From an uncultured Methanosarcinaceae archaeon (GTDB lineage: Archaea > Halobacteriota > Methanosarcinia > Methanosarcinales > Methanosarcinaceae), in the NCBI GenBank assembly GCA_963847185.1, contig CAWJYV010000004.1, positions 128,001 to 192,000 on the forward strand: a DNA stretch of 64,000 bases, read 5' to 3'. Position numbers and translations under genes: made by a program. Below are positions 20,299 through 31,916 of this stretch, one piece after another. The notes under the pieces are model-generated. The model saw only the letters and a list, made by a program, of their open reading frames with translations. It was not told the origin of the DNA and did not search any database. Within the stretch, counting starts at the first letter, position 1; every line of letters starts with the position of its first letter.

Positions 20299-20869
20299 AT
20301 GGAAAGTGGGTTAGTTACTGCAGATGGAACCAAAGTCCTAACTGTAGAAATATAATAGTTTTATAAACGCTATTCCTGAATCAATGAAAGCGATTTCTGA
20401 GATTAACACAATTACAGGTCTTCGATACATCGAGCTTCAAAGGCCCTATGAAAATCCTCAATGGTACTACAAAGAAAGAAATCATTATACTACCTAGAGA
20501 AGCACAGAAAAAGGAAAAGCAAAAGTTTCCTAAAAGGACTATTGATAAATTGCCTACTACTTTTTCCTATGTGTTTTCTCATTTCCTAAATGCAAAAAAC
20601 CGCCTTATGGGTCTTCATGGAACAAAGATTTAGCTAGGTGGTCAGAGAAAGCAGGTATAAACCCAAAAGTAGGACCAAAAACTCCAAGAAAGACCATGGA
20701 GAGCTGGATGCTAAAAACCGGAATCACTGAGATTGAAATATATTCTCGTGCTGGACATGACCCAATAACATCTCTAAAGCATTACCAGAGCCTATTTTTC
20801 ACAGATTATGAAATAAGGGACATCGAAAAGAGGCTCATGGAATGGGGAATTCTTAGAAGGGGAATTTGA
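20299..20869 (+). pseudogene. Frameshifted tyrosine recombinase/integrase
   Basis: Joined frames give TGLRYIEL...PKTPRKTMESWM...SRAGHDPITSLKHYQ, matching the R...R, H, Y catalytic pattern. At least three frameshifts. Confidence 0.75.
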
Positions 20870-21004
20870 GCAAATGTTGCCCCTTGATACTAAATATTGG
20901 ATGATACGCCAGAATATTACAATAGAAACATACTTTTTTGAGAGGTTTCTCAGGTAATGACACTCTCACCGGCTGCGAAGCAGACGGCCTTTCAACAAAT
21001 ATGT

Positions 21005-21298
21005 TTATATATTGTCAGAACTAGCTTCCAAAGTAAGAAGATACTGTATTGAAGCTTCTTCTTTGCGTCCTAATTCTTCGAGGAGAACTCCATAATTCCA
21101 ATGTACATCTATATCATTTGGGTCGGCTTCTAGAGCAAGTTTATACTGTTCTTCAGCTTCCTCCATGCGACCTACTTTGCTCAGAAAAACTCCATAATCT
21201 GTATGTGTAGCTACATTATTTGGGTCGATTTTAAGAGCCAGCTTATACTGTTTTTCTGCCTCTTCTTTTCGATCTCTTTCTTTCATAAGCAGAGTCAA
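21005..21298 (-). CDS. Short TPR-repeat protein (probably a fragment)
   Basis: EEAEKQYKLALKIDPNN / EEAEEQYKLALEADPND 34-aa repeats. Confidence 0.7.
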   Translation of the reverse strand: MTLLMKERDRKEEAEKQYKLALKIDPNNVATHTDYGVFLSKVGRMEEAEEQYKLALEADPNDIDVHWNYGVLLEELGRKEEASIQYLLTLEASSDNI

Positions 21299-21383
21299 TC
21301 CATTAAAACGTAATTAATATACTCCCCTTGATGAGTATTTTATTGTTTTAATGATTAAAATTATTGGTCATCTCCTAATTTTT

Positions 21384-21519
21384 GGCAGTGTCTCAAATTT
21401 GCTGTAAATTCTAAGTCAATTTTTTGTATACTGTATATAAAACTAATCTAATGATCTCAAATTTTTAACTTAAAAACCTCTTAAAATTTGTAATTTTACA
21501 GAAAAATTGGCACATTGCC
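21384..21519. mobile_element. MITE family B copy
   Basis: TIRs GGCAGTGT / ACATTGCC. Interior is a reverse homolog of 33129..33263. Confidence 0.75.
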
Positions 21520-21904
21520 AAAATCAGGGTTTTTCCTCTAAAATTTAAGCCGCTTGCTTTGTAATTTAACTTCATTAACCCTAAATTCAATCTTGAATTA
21601 TAGCTCAGGTCTTTTCTTTTATAATTTCATTTCAGCCAGAAATTGACAACATTATATCGCAGGGTGCTTAAAAAGTAATAATATTTGACAACATTCCCGA
21701 AATCTTCGAATTATTAACTAATGAAAAAAGGAATATATGATTAATGGTCGTAATTAAAGAAAATCAATCCGCGGAGATTTTCCTATTAAACCTTAATAAA
21801 GACAACAAGAGTTAAATTTTCCTAATTTATGTATTTAAATAAAAAATGCGAAAATACCTGAATTTTAGTACAATACGATATATACATGTTTAGGAGAAGT
21901 GTCG

Positions 21905-22921
21905 ATGGGATTCTTATCTAATTTATTTGGTAAAGATAAAACCACTGAATTTTTAGATGCTTGCAGATTAGGGCAGACCGAAATAGTAGAGAAACTTCTA
22001 AAAAGCGGCAAAATTGAGGTCAATTCTCAAGATGCAAGTGGTAAGACTGGTTTGATTTATGCGGCAGATATGGGACATAAGGATATTGTTAAGTTGCTCA
22101 TTGAAAATGGTGCCAATCTGAATCTTCAAGAAGAAAATGGTAATACAGCTTTGATATCTGCAACAAAGATCGGACGTGATGATATAGTCTATTTGTTGAT
22201 TGATAGCGGTGCGGATCTTAACATACAGGACAAAAATGGCGAGACTGCTTTGAAGTTTGCGGTAAAAGTAGGGTACAGGAATATTGTAGATTTGCTTCTT
22301 GATAATGCTACTAATCTCAATATCCAGGACAAAAATGGAGAAACTGCATTAATTTGTGCAGCAGACAGGGGACAAAAATCCATTGTTGAGGTGTTAATCA
22401 ATAGTGGTGCAGATCTTAGTATTCAGGACAAAAATGGTGAGACTGCTTTGAATGCCGCAGCAAAAAAGGGACATAAAGATATTGTCGAGTTGCTTATTAA
22501 AGGTGGTGCTGACCCTAATATTCAAAATAAAAATAATAACATCTCTTTGACGTATGCGGCAGATAGAGGATTTAAGGATATTGTCGAGTTGCTTATTGAA
22601 GGTGCTGTCAATCTTAATATTCAAGAAGAAAATGGCCTTACGGCTTTGATGCTTGCGGCACAAACAGGACACGGGGACATTGTTGAATTGCTCATTAAAA
22701 GTGGCGCTGACCTTAATATTCAAGAAGAAAATGGCCTTACGGCTTTGATGCTTGCGGCACAAACAGGGCATAGGGACATTGTTGAATTGCTCATTAAAAG
22801 TGGTGCCGACCTTAATATTCAAGAAGAAAATGGTAACACTGCTTTAGAGCTTGCGGCAAATATGAGATTTAAAAATATTGTTGAGTTACTTGTTAAAAAT
22901 GAAGCCAATCCCGGATCATAA
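21905..22921 (+). CDS. Ankyrin-repeat protein (about 10 repeats)
   Basis: 33-aa G.TAL..AA..GH.DIVELLI..GADLNIQ repeats; two are nearly identical at DNA level. Confidence 0.93.
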   Translation: MGFLSNLFGKDKTTEFLDACRLGQTEIVEKLLKSGKIEVNSQDASGKTGLIYAADMGHKDIVKLLIENGANLNLQEENGNTALISATKIGRDDIVYLLIDSGADLNIQDKNGETALKFAVKVGYRNIVDLLLDNATNLNIQDKNGETALICAADRGQKSIVEVLINSGADLSIQDKNGETALNAAAKKGHKDIVELLIKGGADPNIQNKNNNISLTYAADRGFKDIVELLIEGAVNLNIQEENGLTALMLAAQTGHGDIVELLIKSGADLNIQEENGLTALMLAAQTGHRDIVELLIKSGADLNIQEENGNTALELAANMRFKNIVELLVKNEANPGS

Positions 22922-23526
22922 TTTTTCAGATAAAATTTTAAATTTAAGGGTTTTTATCTAAAGTAATTACCTCAGAAAAATTTAATTTTTCCCAATCAAA
23001 GTAGAAAAATACTCAGGATAATTGGCTGCAATTAACTTCCAAATGGAGCTTTAAAAGGATAAAACTTGCAAATATTGCCAGATAAATGAAAAAAGAAAAC
23101 AAACTCAAATATATTTGAGAGAAAAGTTTTTATGAAAGAACTGCACTATTTTTATATAATATAATTTTATAACTTTTTCATAGAGATATAGGGGGAACTT
23201 CTCTGTGTTTAAGGGTAAAGTATCTCGCTCTGAACCTTCAATTTGACATTTAAGGTTACTTGCTGTGATATTTACCGGATGAGAACACATAGATCAACTT
23301 CCATCTTTTGAAGAAGAAAAGTAAACGAAATCGCAGTACAGACTATTTAAGTTTGGACTGTTTCAGAAGAAACTCGTAGAACTCACTCAATAAATGAGAA
23401 CATAACGTCTGTTAAATCGGGGGGTTTAACTTGGAAGGGTATATTCTCATTAGCAGTGGGAATTGGACTTAAAAGCAACGATTTTGAAAATCTATGTATA
23501 GTGGATACTATGGAGGATGTATAATA

Positions 23527-24315
23527 ATGCAAAACGCTATGTTTAAGGCACTAGGTATTTTTATAATAATTTTTTTTGTTATGTCAGTGACAGGAGCTGC
23601 AGCTACAAGCAGTGTCAGTAAACCAGTTGCAAAAGCAGATACTTTCTCTTTAAGCCCGAGTAAGAAATGTAGCGGTAATGTCCTGTCCAATGACAAAGGA
23701 AGTGGCCTGAAAATTGCTTCTACGGGGTACATCAAAACCGCAAAAGGTGTAAAAGTGTACCTCAAAAGCAACGGTTACCTCTGCTACTATCCGTCTTCCT
23801 CTTTTAAAACAGGTACTATAACTGACAGTTTTACATATAAAATAGTAGACAAATATAAAAGGTACAGCACTGCAAAGGTAACAATCTACTACAAATGCTC
23901 CTCAAGCAGCTCCACAAACTCTGGAACCCAGACAAAAAGCGTTGTAGAAGTAACCAAGCTTTCGCAGATAGACTCAGCCCTGAAGAATGGCCCGGTTCTT
24001 TTAAAACTTGGAGCTGAATGGTGCGGTCCATGCAAGGAAATGAAACCTGTTCTTGCTAGCCTGGCAACGGAATATGCAGGAAAAGCAACAATCATGTCCA
24101 TAGATATAGATGACAGTCCTGACCTTGCCACCTACTTCGGAGTAAATTCTATTCCCGACATGGCTGTGATCGTGGGTACTCAAAACGGAAAATACGTTTA
24201 CATGAAACAGGATGGAAAAGTCACTACGAGCAGATCCCAGGCCAGATTTACCGGAGTTACGAGTAAAAGTGCACTAAAAAAAGTTCTGGACCTTGGCGTT
24301 AAATACACAAAATAA
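23527..24315 (+). CDS. Secreted Ig/cadherin-like domain + thioredoxin (WCGPC) fusion
   Basis: Signal peptide, PVAKAD..NVLSND..DSFTYKI Big_9-like motif, Ser linker, WCGPC. SD GGAGG. Confidence 0.85.
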   Translation: MQNAMFKALGIFIIIFFVMSVTGAAATSSVSKPVAKADTFSLSPSKKCSGNVLSNDKGSGLKIASTGYIKTAKGVKVYLKSNGYLCYYPSSSFKTGTITDSFTYKIVDKYKRYSTAKVTIYYKCSSSSSTNSGTQTKSVVEVTKLSQIDSALKNGPVLLKLGAEWCGPCKEMKPVLASLATEYAGKATIMSIDIDDSPDLATYFGVNSIPDMAVIVGTQNGKYVYMKQDGKVTTSRSQARFTGVTSKSALKKVLDLGVKYTK

Positions 24316-24688
24316 TAAATGTAAATCAGGGAAGCAATTGATATTTCTAGGAATATAGGGTATATCATATCAGGGCAATATCTTTAACGATGTATTCGAA
24401 TGATATTGCCTGATTTCCCTCTGAGCAGAATCTTATAGGAACATTCATAGTTATTGATTAAAAAGCAATAATAGTCATTATAAATAATCTTTTAGATTAG
24501 TTTCAGTCTAATTGCAATTAATTGACATCGTCATCCATTAAAGCAAAACTTTTCGAAATATTATTCTTTGTATCTTTTTTAGCCCAATAAACGAAAGCAA
24601 TTTAACAGCGATCTAAAAAAATTCTGAAATCAGACTAAATTATGTAATTGTGTCTTCGTTTAACATTTTTAATTTTAATTGAAATAAT

Positions 24689-24818
24689 GAGCTCATCCCT
24701 AAACTAACTTTATTCCTACATCAATAAGGATTTTCAACTTGTTTTCATAATCAGAAGCACTATTAATTATTCCAAATTTGAGAGTTTTAAATAAATGTTC
24801 GAGTTTTAAGATCAGCTC
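24689..24818. mobile_element. MITE family A diverged copy
   Basis: Ends GAGCTCATCCCTAAACT / AGTTTTAAGATCAGCTC; 130 bp. Confidence 0.72.
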
Positions 24819-24845
24819 AATCAATACACAATAATTACCTCAAAT

Positions 24846-25367
24846 TTAGATTCTTTTTAGGCATTCTGCTAGCTTGTCGAAAGATTCGTTCCATCCCTGA
24901 TGCATATTATTACGATCCTCAGCACTTATGCTCTTACTACCGGAATGTTTCAAGGTGAGCTTTGTCTTACCTTCACATTCTTCAAACATTACCGTCACAA
25001 GCATTTCAAGAGGCCAGTTTTCACTCATTCCATAGTACGAAGCAGGAACTGTATTGCCTTCCTTATCTGCAAAAGAGTCAGTCATAACGAGTCGCTCAGG
25101 CTCAATTATTTCACGGAAAACACCTTTACTCCAGAAATCCTGACCTCCTGGCGAGCGCATGGAGCCAAGGTATTCCCCTCCGACATGGAAATCGGTTTTG
25201 TAGACAGGTGATGTGAAGTCTTTTGGTCCCCACCAGCATTTTATGCTCTCAGGTTTAGTCCACACTTTCCATACGAGTTCACGTGGTGCATTGAAGATGC
25301 GTGTAATGATAAGATCCCAATTCTCAATATAAGCTGCATTGTTGCTTTCTGCTTTGCTTTCGACCAT
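24846..25367 (-). CDS. SRPBCC/AHSA1-family protein
   Basis: ITRIFNAPRELVWKVWT, WWGP, GWNESFDKL. Confidence 0.88.
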   Translation of the reverse strand: MVESKAESNNAAYIENWDLIITRIFNAPRELVWKVWTKPESIKCWWGPKDFTSPVYKTDFHVGGEYLGSMRSPGGQDFWSKGVFREIIEPERLVMTDSFADKEGNTVPASYYGMSENWPLEMLVTVMFEECEGKTKLTLKHSGSKSISAEDRNNMHQGWNESFDKLAECLKRI

Positions 25368-25551
25368 ACATGTTCCCCTTTTGATGATTTCTGTTTCAAG
25401 ATTGTTCTTGAATCTGATCTCAGTTTCGGATCAATTCTATTTTCATTAGATTATAAGTAGTTAGATAATAAATAAGCACGCTAATTCAAAAGATAAACGC
25501 AAAAACTTCATTTTTGGACTGAAATACGATGTCAGGATGGAATGATTCAGG

Positions 25552-26217
25552 ATGGAAACTATGAAGTACAGTACCATTATTTTTGATTTTGACTACACAC
25601 TGGCAGATGCAACGAATGGTATTGTAACAAGTTTTAACCACGCTTTTAGCAAGCTGGAGATTGCTGAATGTGACATTGAAAGCATTAAAAAAACCATAGG
25701 GTTATCTCTGGATGAAGCGTTCGTGGAACTGGCAAAAAATGAAAATAAAATATTAATAGATCGCTTTAGGAGTTTGTTCAGAGAGAAGGCTGATGAGATT
25801 ATGTCAAAAAATACAGTGCTTTACGACGACACTATAAGTACATTAAAAAGATTAAAACTAAAAGGCTTCAATACGGGAATCGTAACTACAAAATATCATT
25901 ATAGGATTGTTGAGACATTAAGCACACATGGTGTTTTGGACTTAATAGATATTATTGTTGGGGGAGAAGATGTTAAAGTTCCAAAACCGTCCCCTGAAGG
26001 CTTGTTGCTCGCAATTGACAGTCTTAACTCACGACGAAATAATGTGCTATATATAGGAGATAGTCTGGTAGATGCTAAAACGGCTTTAGCAGCAAACGTT
26101 GATTTTGCAGCAGTAACTACGGGTGTAACAAAAGAAAGCGAGTTTTTACAGTATCCATATATAAAGATATTAAAGAATTTGTCAGAACTTTTTAACGACA
26201 AAAATATTTTTATTTAA
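25552..26217 (+). CDS. HAD-superfamily hydrolase (phosphoglycolate phosphatase-like)
   Basis: FDFDYTL, VTTK, KPSP and YIGDS..D motifs. Confidence 0.9.
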   Translation: METMKYSTIIFDFDYTLADATNGIVTSFNHAFSKLEIAECDIESIKKTIGLSLDEAFVELAKNENKILIDRFRSLFREKADEIMSKNTVLYDDTISTLKRLKLKGFNTGIVTTKYHYRIVETLSTHGVLDLIDIIVGGEDVKVPKPSPEGLLLAIDSLNSRRNNVLYIGDSLVDAKTALAANVDFAAVTTGVTKESEFLQYPYIKILKNLSELFNDKNIFI

Positions 26218-26386
26218 CTGCCTCTAAATTTTTGGTTACTTAGTTTTTATCTTAATCTTCGATTTCTAAGCAGTTTAGAAATTTCGGACTTCTGTTTTAC
26301 ATGATGTTTTACAGAGAAGACAGAAAATTTAGTTATATACTCAAGAAACTAAATATATTAGTAAAGTCATAACTTATTGGTTAATT

Positions 26387-26809
26387 ATGCCAGCTAGTGA
26401 CCCAGATATAGTTGTGTGTCCAAACCCAAATTGTGAATACTATCTTAAAATTGAAGGGAAATCTATCATAAAACGTGGGAAATACAGGACAGGACATCAG
26501 AGATACTGGTGCAAGAACTGTGGAAAGTTTTTTATGGAAACAATAGGCACCTCAATTTATCGTAAGCATCTGTCAAAGGATGAAATAAAGTTAATATGCA
26601 GGTTATTTCTTGAAAAAAACGGTATTCGCAGCATTGAAAGAATTACGGGACACCATAGGGATACAGTAAGCCGTTTATTAAATGATACTGTAAAAAATGA
26701 AAAGACAGAAGAATATCTGGAAAAACAAATCGGACTGACGGCTAATGAGTGTCAGAAATTATGGATAGTCCTGGAAAAAAAGAGAAGTACTAAACGAAAG
26801 TCATCTTAA
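26387..26809 (+). CDS. IS1-family InsA-like zinc-ribbon/HTH protein, no InsB visible
   Basis: CPNPNC..GHQRYWCKNCGKFF; GIRSIERITGHHRDTV HTH. Confidence 0.75.
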   Translation: MPASDPDIVVCPNPNCEYYLKIEGKSIIKRGKYRTGHQRYWCKNCGKFFMETIGTSIYRKHLSKDEIKLICRLFLEKNGIRSIERITGHHRDTVSRLLNDTVKNEKTEEYLEKQIGLTANECQKLWIVLEKKRSTKRKSS

Positions 26810-27714
26810 AAAAGGATACAATATTTTCTCCCAATATTAGTTTTTTGAATACCGGCACACGAGCATATATTATATGACACGCTTTACAATTATTCCTCAC
26901 AAATGTCTAAATATGTGCACATTATTATAAAAATGTCCTAATTTTTAAAGAGATGAATACTGAATCTATATTTGCAAAATATTTTTCTTTTCTCCCTTTA
27001 TGGGATAAATAATCAGCCTATAAGTTGAAACACATTAAGAACTTATTTCCCAGTTTAATTTTGGCCCTCAAGGGTGCTGAGCTTTATATTAAAGTTTTAA
27101 TATATTTATATATATATTAAATACGTGTTTAAATATGTAGTTTAATGTGTGAATTGTTAGAGACTTTGGACACAAAAATTATATTCACTTCTACTAGTAG
27201 TAACTTCTGGAGTTAAAAACGATATTAAAAAAGTAATTGAACTCTAACCTTAAATGGCTCAGACCCTGAAAGAGATAAATCTGCACAGTTTATGGATTGA
27301 TCATATGTGCAGATTTTATTCCTAAAAACAGTCAATTAGTCCTTCATAATTTGATATTCGTTACAGGATCCCAAAGTTTCCAAACTTCCTTTCTATCCAG
27401 TATTACAGATTTGGCTAGAATAAATTTTAGTCAGATAAAGTGCAAGCATTCGTTACTTTGGAAACTTTAACCATAAAAACTTCAATCAAATATTGGGGTA
27501 CTATAAGAATTTATCAAACCCACAAGTATCATATATAAGGACGAGACATAGACTTATTACATTTTGAAAAAATGAGACGCTTGTGAGCTTCTTACAAAAT
27601 TCTCAATTTGAGCAATCAATAGTTTCATACTTTCATACCTGACGGGCGCCTCGAAATCTTTAGTAAGCCGATTACAAAGTTTTGAATCTTGACTAAAAGA
27701 AAGGAGATAGAAGT

Positions 27715-28977
27715 ATGAGTAGAAATAATGGAGTGAAGGCAATATCCCTTCTATTGGGAATACTTCTTTGCCTTGCATTAATGCAGGGTGCATTCGCCAA
27801 ACAGGAAAAGTCTGACAAAGACGAAATAGAAAATGTCACAAACTCCGAACCGGAAAATTGCACTTACACGAAACATACTATAGATCCAAGTTACTATTCT
27901 GTGTACTTGATGGCCGGAAATAGCAAAACTTTTACTGTTAGTTTTACAAACGAAGGTAATAAAGCGCTTAATATCACACCGAAACTTGTAGATATCCCTT
28001 ACAGCAATGTCGGCTTGAATGAGAATTGGATTACTATCACTCCGGCATGCGTAAAGGTAAATCCGGGCACAGGGCAGGCTTTTGAAGTTAAAGTAAATAT
28101 CCCGGAAGACGAAAAAGCAGGGTACTATCAAACCTCCATAGTCTTTACCGATGATATTGCCCCATCAGTTGAAGGCTCCTTTGATCAATATATTAATGCA
28201 ATGAATCTTGATGTAAATGTCAGGGCTCATCCAAAGCTCGAGCTTCAGTCAAACTCAATCTCTGACACTCTGGAAGCCGGAAAAAAATATGAATATATAA
28301 TAAAAATGAAGAATGTGGCAGATGAAGATATTACCATTGATCCAGAACTAACTGAAAATGACTATTATGATTTGTATCGTGACTCTGAAAATTCTGATCT
28401 CAGTAGCGACATTATAGAGATCTCTGCACCTTCAACTATAAAAGCAGGTGAAGTAGCAAATATGACCATCCGAGTACCTGTCCCGGAAAGTACAACAGGA
28501 ACTTATGATGGATACGTTGAAATGAACGTTAATGGGGAAATAAATGACGGATCTGTTCCGCAAGTCAATTTATATTTCACAGTTGCTAAAAACCCTGCAG
28601 TTCCTTATGTTAAAACCTTTAGCACCACAACTACTGAGCCGATAACGATTGAAGTTTCAACTGACACTTACAACTCGGATATGGGGCTCCGCATCTCTCC
28701 TATAAGGGAAAAGCCATCCTTTGAACTGAGCCTGAAATGCAATTCCAGCCCTGTTAACCTTACACTTGAAAAGATACTGAACAGTGGTACTGTCTATACA
28801 GGAGGGTACTCGTATCCCGAATGGGCAATGGATGAAAGTACAACCTATCAGAATAGTGGCAACCACTATGTGGAAACTTATACTATCCCAGGAACAGTAG
28901 GTGATTGGGAACTTACAATTCTCCCGAAGAATACGGAATATTTTGGATATTCGATAACTTTTGGAGATTCACAATAA
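27715..28977 (+). CDS. Secreted Ig-like (COG1470-type) cell-surface protein
   Basis: Signal peptide, acidic beta-rich repeats (F.V..TN.G...P....G.Y), SD AGGAG. Confidence 0.7.
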   Translation: MSRNNGVKAISLLLGILLCLALMQGAFAKQEKSDKDEIENVTNSEPENCTYTKHTIDPSYYSVYLMAGNSKTFTVSFTNEGNKALNITPKLVDIPYSNVGLNENWITITPACVKVNPGTGQAFEVKVNIPEDEKAGYYQTSIVFTDDIAPSVEGSFDQYINAMNLDVNVRAHPKLELQSNSISDTLEAGKKYEYIIKMKNVADEDITIDPELTENDYYDLYRDSENSDLSSDIIEISAPSTIKAGEVANMTIRVPVPESTTGTYDGYVEMNVNGEINDGSVPQVNLYFTVAKNPAVPYVKTFSTTTTEPITIEVSTDTYNSDMGLRISPIREKPSFELSLKCNSSPVNLTLEKILNSGTVYTGGYSYPEWAMDESTTYQNSGNHYVETYTIPGTVGDWELTILPKNTEYFGYSITFGDSQ

Positions 28978-29385
28978 AGGGCAGAGTCCGGAGTTAACGT
29001 AAAAAGTTAAATTGAGAATCTGGTAATGATTTAATGTCATTAAATGATTTAATGAATTGATAAGTGAAGAATTAAAGTGAAGAGCTAAAGTGAAAATGAT
29101 TTAAAGCTACGGATTCAGCATAATTATTTCTGATTTTAGCTCTTCTCATTTTTAATGATTTTTTAGTTCTCCACTTTCTTGTTTTTATTTTGTTTCTGTT
29201 TTTTCCTGTTATTCAGCTTTAAGAGCTAATCCTCCCGCATCCCCCTTTAGTTTCATCGGAATTTTTCAGATTATTCTCTTAACAGTGTATTTATTCGATC
29301 AGCAAGAAATATGTTTAACAGAATGCCTGGTTTATTTGACCAGGATAAATAATTTTGATGTTTCTTAGTAACAAGAGGTAATTGT

Positions 29386-30453
29386 ATGGATAGAAAACTG
29401 GTGTCAGGTATTATTTTATTTGTAATATTACTTGCAGCACTGCCTTTTTCAGCAGGAGCAACAGATAACGAAACTTACATTAAATATACGAGCTCTGGAA
29501 ACGCTTTTGGTGCGGGAGACAACCTTCAGATTGACCAGGATATTCAGGGAGATCTGGTGCTTGCAGGCTCTTTACTTGAGATAAATGGAAAGACTGGTGA
29601 CGATTTTATTGGTGCCGGCGGGGAGATAATTGTCAATGGTAACGTTTCAGGAAATGTTATTGTAGCTGGGGGTTCAGTAAAGATAAATGGCAATGTAGGC
29701 GGAGATGTAGCAACATTCGGAGGACAGATCTTCCTCTCCAGGGACAGCGTGGTTGAAGGGGACATCCTGCTGGGTGGAGGAGAAGTGACTCTTAACGGTA
29801 TCGTTAATGGAAACGGCTCAGTGTCAACAAGTACTCTTCGGACAGGAAATGATTTTAAACTTAAAGGAAACCTTGAACTCGAAGCAGAAAACTACCCTGC
29901 CAATCTGAAAGATAATGTAGGTGGGGATCTGAATATCACAAAAACAAACGTCAATGAAGACCAGTATGAAGGCGTTTCTAAAGGATTCGGTGTTTTCTCG
30001 TTTATAATTGGATTACTTGCAGCTCTTGTTCTTGGTTTTCTCCTGATCTATCTTTTCCCGGATTTTGTAAATGAAGTTGCAAAAATTGTAAAAGGTTCAG
30101 CATTTAAGGCAGTACTAGTTGGTTTTTTGATACTTGTTTTCCTCCCAATAATCTCAATAATCCTGCTTATTACCCTCTTCGGCTGGAGCCTTTCGGTTTT
30201 ACTCATCCTTTTCCTGGCAATTACCATTCTTATTGCTACAGTACCGGTAAAATTGCTTGCAGGAGAGGTTATTTATTACAAAATATTCAAAAAAGAAGCC
30301 GGAAAAATGGCTTATTATGCTCTTGGAACCCTTATGTTTGCACTTGCCTACGAAATACCTCTAATCGGAGGGTTTATACGCTTCATTGCATTACTTATTG
30401 GGTTAGGTGGAATAGTTGTCTGGATTGGAGAACACGCAAACCCAACAAGTTAA
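29386..30453 (+). CDS. Membrane protein with an extracellular bactofilin-like beta-helix and C-terminal TM helices
   Basis: Signal peptide, repeated GDxxxAGGxVxINGxV, 4-5 hydrophobic helices. Confidence 0.75.
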   Translation: MDRKLVSGIILFVILLAALPFSAGATDNETYIKYTSSGNAFGAGDNLQIDQDIQGDLVLAGSLLEINGKTGDDFIGAGGEIIVNGNVSGNVIVAGGSVKINGNVGGDVATFGGQIFLSRDSVVEGDILLGGGEVTLNGIVNGNGSVSTSTLRTGNDFKLKGNLELEAENYPANLKDNVGGDLNITKTNVNEDQYEGVSKGFGVFSFIIGLLAALVLGFLLIYLFPDFVNEVAKIVKGSAFKAVLVGFLILVFLPIISIILLITLFGWSLSVLLILFLAITILIATVPVKLLAGEVIYYKIFKKEAGKMAYYALGTLMFALAYEIPLIGGFIRFIALLIGLGGIVVWIGEHANPTS

Positions 30454-30548
30454 CCGGGCTGATTTACAATATTTCTTTTTTAAGTTCTCTTTTTTAGCAA
30501 AAAGATATTTTGAAACTGAAGAAGACTTAAAAGAATTTAACGAAAATT

Positions 30549-31406
30549 TTAGGGAAGAACCTCTCCTCTATATTTTTCGATTCCCAATCTTTTAAGTAGA
30601 TCTCCAAATCTTTCTCCATCAAGGCCTTCTCTTCTGTAATAGTTCAGGCTTTTTTCCAGAATCGAAAATAGCTGCTCCCCGTTTGCAAGTTCAAGAAGTT
30701 TTATCCCGTGCTCTGGCTGGCGTCCTCCCCTGCCTCCGACAAAGATAGTACATCCGGTCTTTTCTGCTCTTAAAGCATCTTTTCTGCAGGCTGAAATACA
30801 GACTCCGCAAAGGATGCATTTTTCACTGTCTATTCTCACTCTATCGTCCTGGATTTTTATAGCTTCCATTTTACAGGCTTTTTCACAACGTCCGCAGCTA
30901 ACACAGTTTTCTTCAATAATTTCTGGTTTTGTTGTCCCCATGATTCCAAAATCATTGTCCTGAGGTCTTACACAAGCAGACGGACATCCACTTATTGCAA
31001 TTTTTAATTTTTTAGGGACTGCCTCTCCGAAATATTTCTCATCAATTCTACGTGCCAGTTTCTGGCAGTCAATTAACCCATATCTGCAAACAGTATCCCC
31101 CTGACAGGCAACTACGGCCCTTACCCGCTTTCCTGAAGAACCCTCGAAAATTCCCTGCTTTTCAAGCTCTGAACTTGCTTCTGCAGTCTTTTTAAGTTTA
31201 ACAAAAGGAATCTCAATCTGCTGCCTTGAGGTTATATGGATATATCCATAACCATATTTTTCGGCAGCATCCGCAATTTTTCGCAGTTCTTCTGAGCTCA
31301 CCCTGCCGCCTACGACTTTAAGGCGCATTGAAAACATGTCTTCCTGCTTTTGGGGCAGAAAGCCTCTGCTTTTGAGTGAAGACTGGTCAATTTTTTTCTC
31401 AGTCAT
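30549..31406 (-). CDS. Sulfite/nitrite reductase-like (Dsr-LP) siroheme/4Fe-4S protein with ferredoxin insert
   Basis: ITSRQ, CQGDTVC, KIAISGCPSAC, two CxxCxxCxxxC motifs. Confidence 0.85.
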   Translation of the reverse strand: MTEKKIDQSSLKSRGFLPQKQEDMFSMRLKVVGGRVSSEELRKIADAAEKYGYGYIHITSRQQIEIPFVKLKKTAEASSELEKQGIFEGSSGKRVRAVVACQGDTVCRYGLIDCQKLARRIDEKYFGEAVPKKLKIAISGCPSACVRPQDNDFGIMGTTKPEIIEENCVSCGRCEKACKMEAIKIQDDRVRIDSEKCILCGVCISACRKDALRAEKTGCTIFVGGRGGRQPEHGIKLLELANGEQLFSILEKSLNYYRREGLDGERFGDLLKRLGIEKYRGEVLP

Positions 31407-31577
31407 AGAAAGTCACTTCACTTCAAAGGCATAATTATTGATGTATATATAAATTATGACTGACTCTTACTTTCCGACTGAATCCGGTCTTCTGGCATTG
31501 TAACAAAATCAAGAAATGAATGAAGGAAATAGTTCGGGAAATAAAAAGATCTGAAGGGTTAGAAGAAAACAGAAAAA

Positions 31578-31916
31578 TCAGAGAAAAGAAAAAACATTCA
31601 ACTGAACAAGTACCATATAAAGCACCGTTCCACTAAAGATGCTAATCATAGCATTTCGCTTCCAGAAGTGCAGCCCTGCAACAACACCTATAGTAAACAG
31701 CTCCGGAATCCCGTATGGGGCTGAAAACCACCGTACGTCCTTTAAGCAATAAATTACAAGCAGCAGGAGAATCATCGGAGGCAGATTTTTTTCAATTGTA
31801 GAGAGCATTTCCGGAGGCTCTCTCGAGCCAAAACACATAAACGGAAGAGCTCTTGTTGCAAAGGTTGCAAGAGCTATAACTACTATTGTTACCAGCATAT
31901 GAAGAGTACCAAGCAT
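31578..31916 (-). CDS. azlD: AzlD-family branched-chain amino acid exporter subunit
   Basis: TFATRALPF, LPPMIL..LVIYC. Overlaps the azlC stop. Confidence 0.85.
   Translation of the reverse strand: MLGTLHMLVTIVVIALATFATRALPFMCFGSREPPEMLSTIEKNLPPMILLLLVIYCLKDVRWFSAPYGIPELFTIGVVAGLHFWKRNAMISIFSGTVLYMVLVQLNVFSFL

Noticed and set aside
22000-22900. 99-bp repeats as a non-coding array
   Set aside because: Ankyrin coding repeats.
8450-23000. attL/attR duplication of the tRNA-Leu 3' end
   Set aside because: No second copy of TTCGAATCCCTTCTCCCGC was seen by eye, so the island boundary is undefined.
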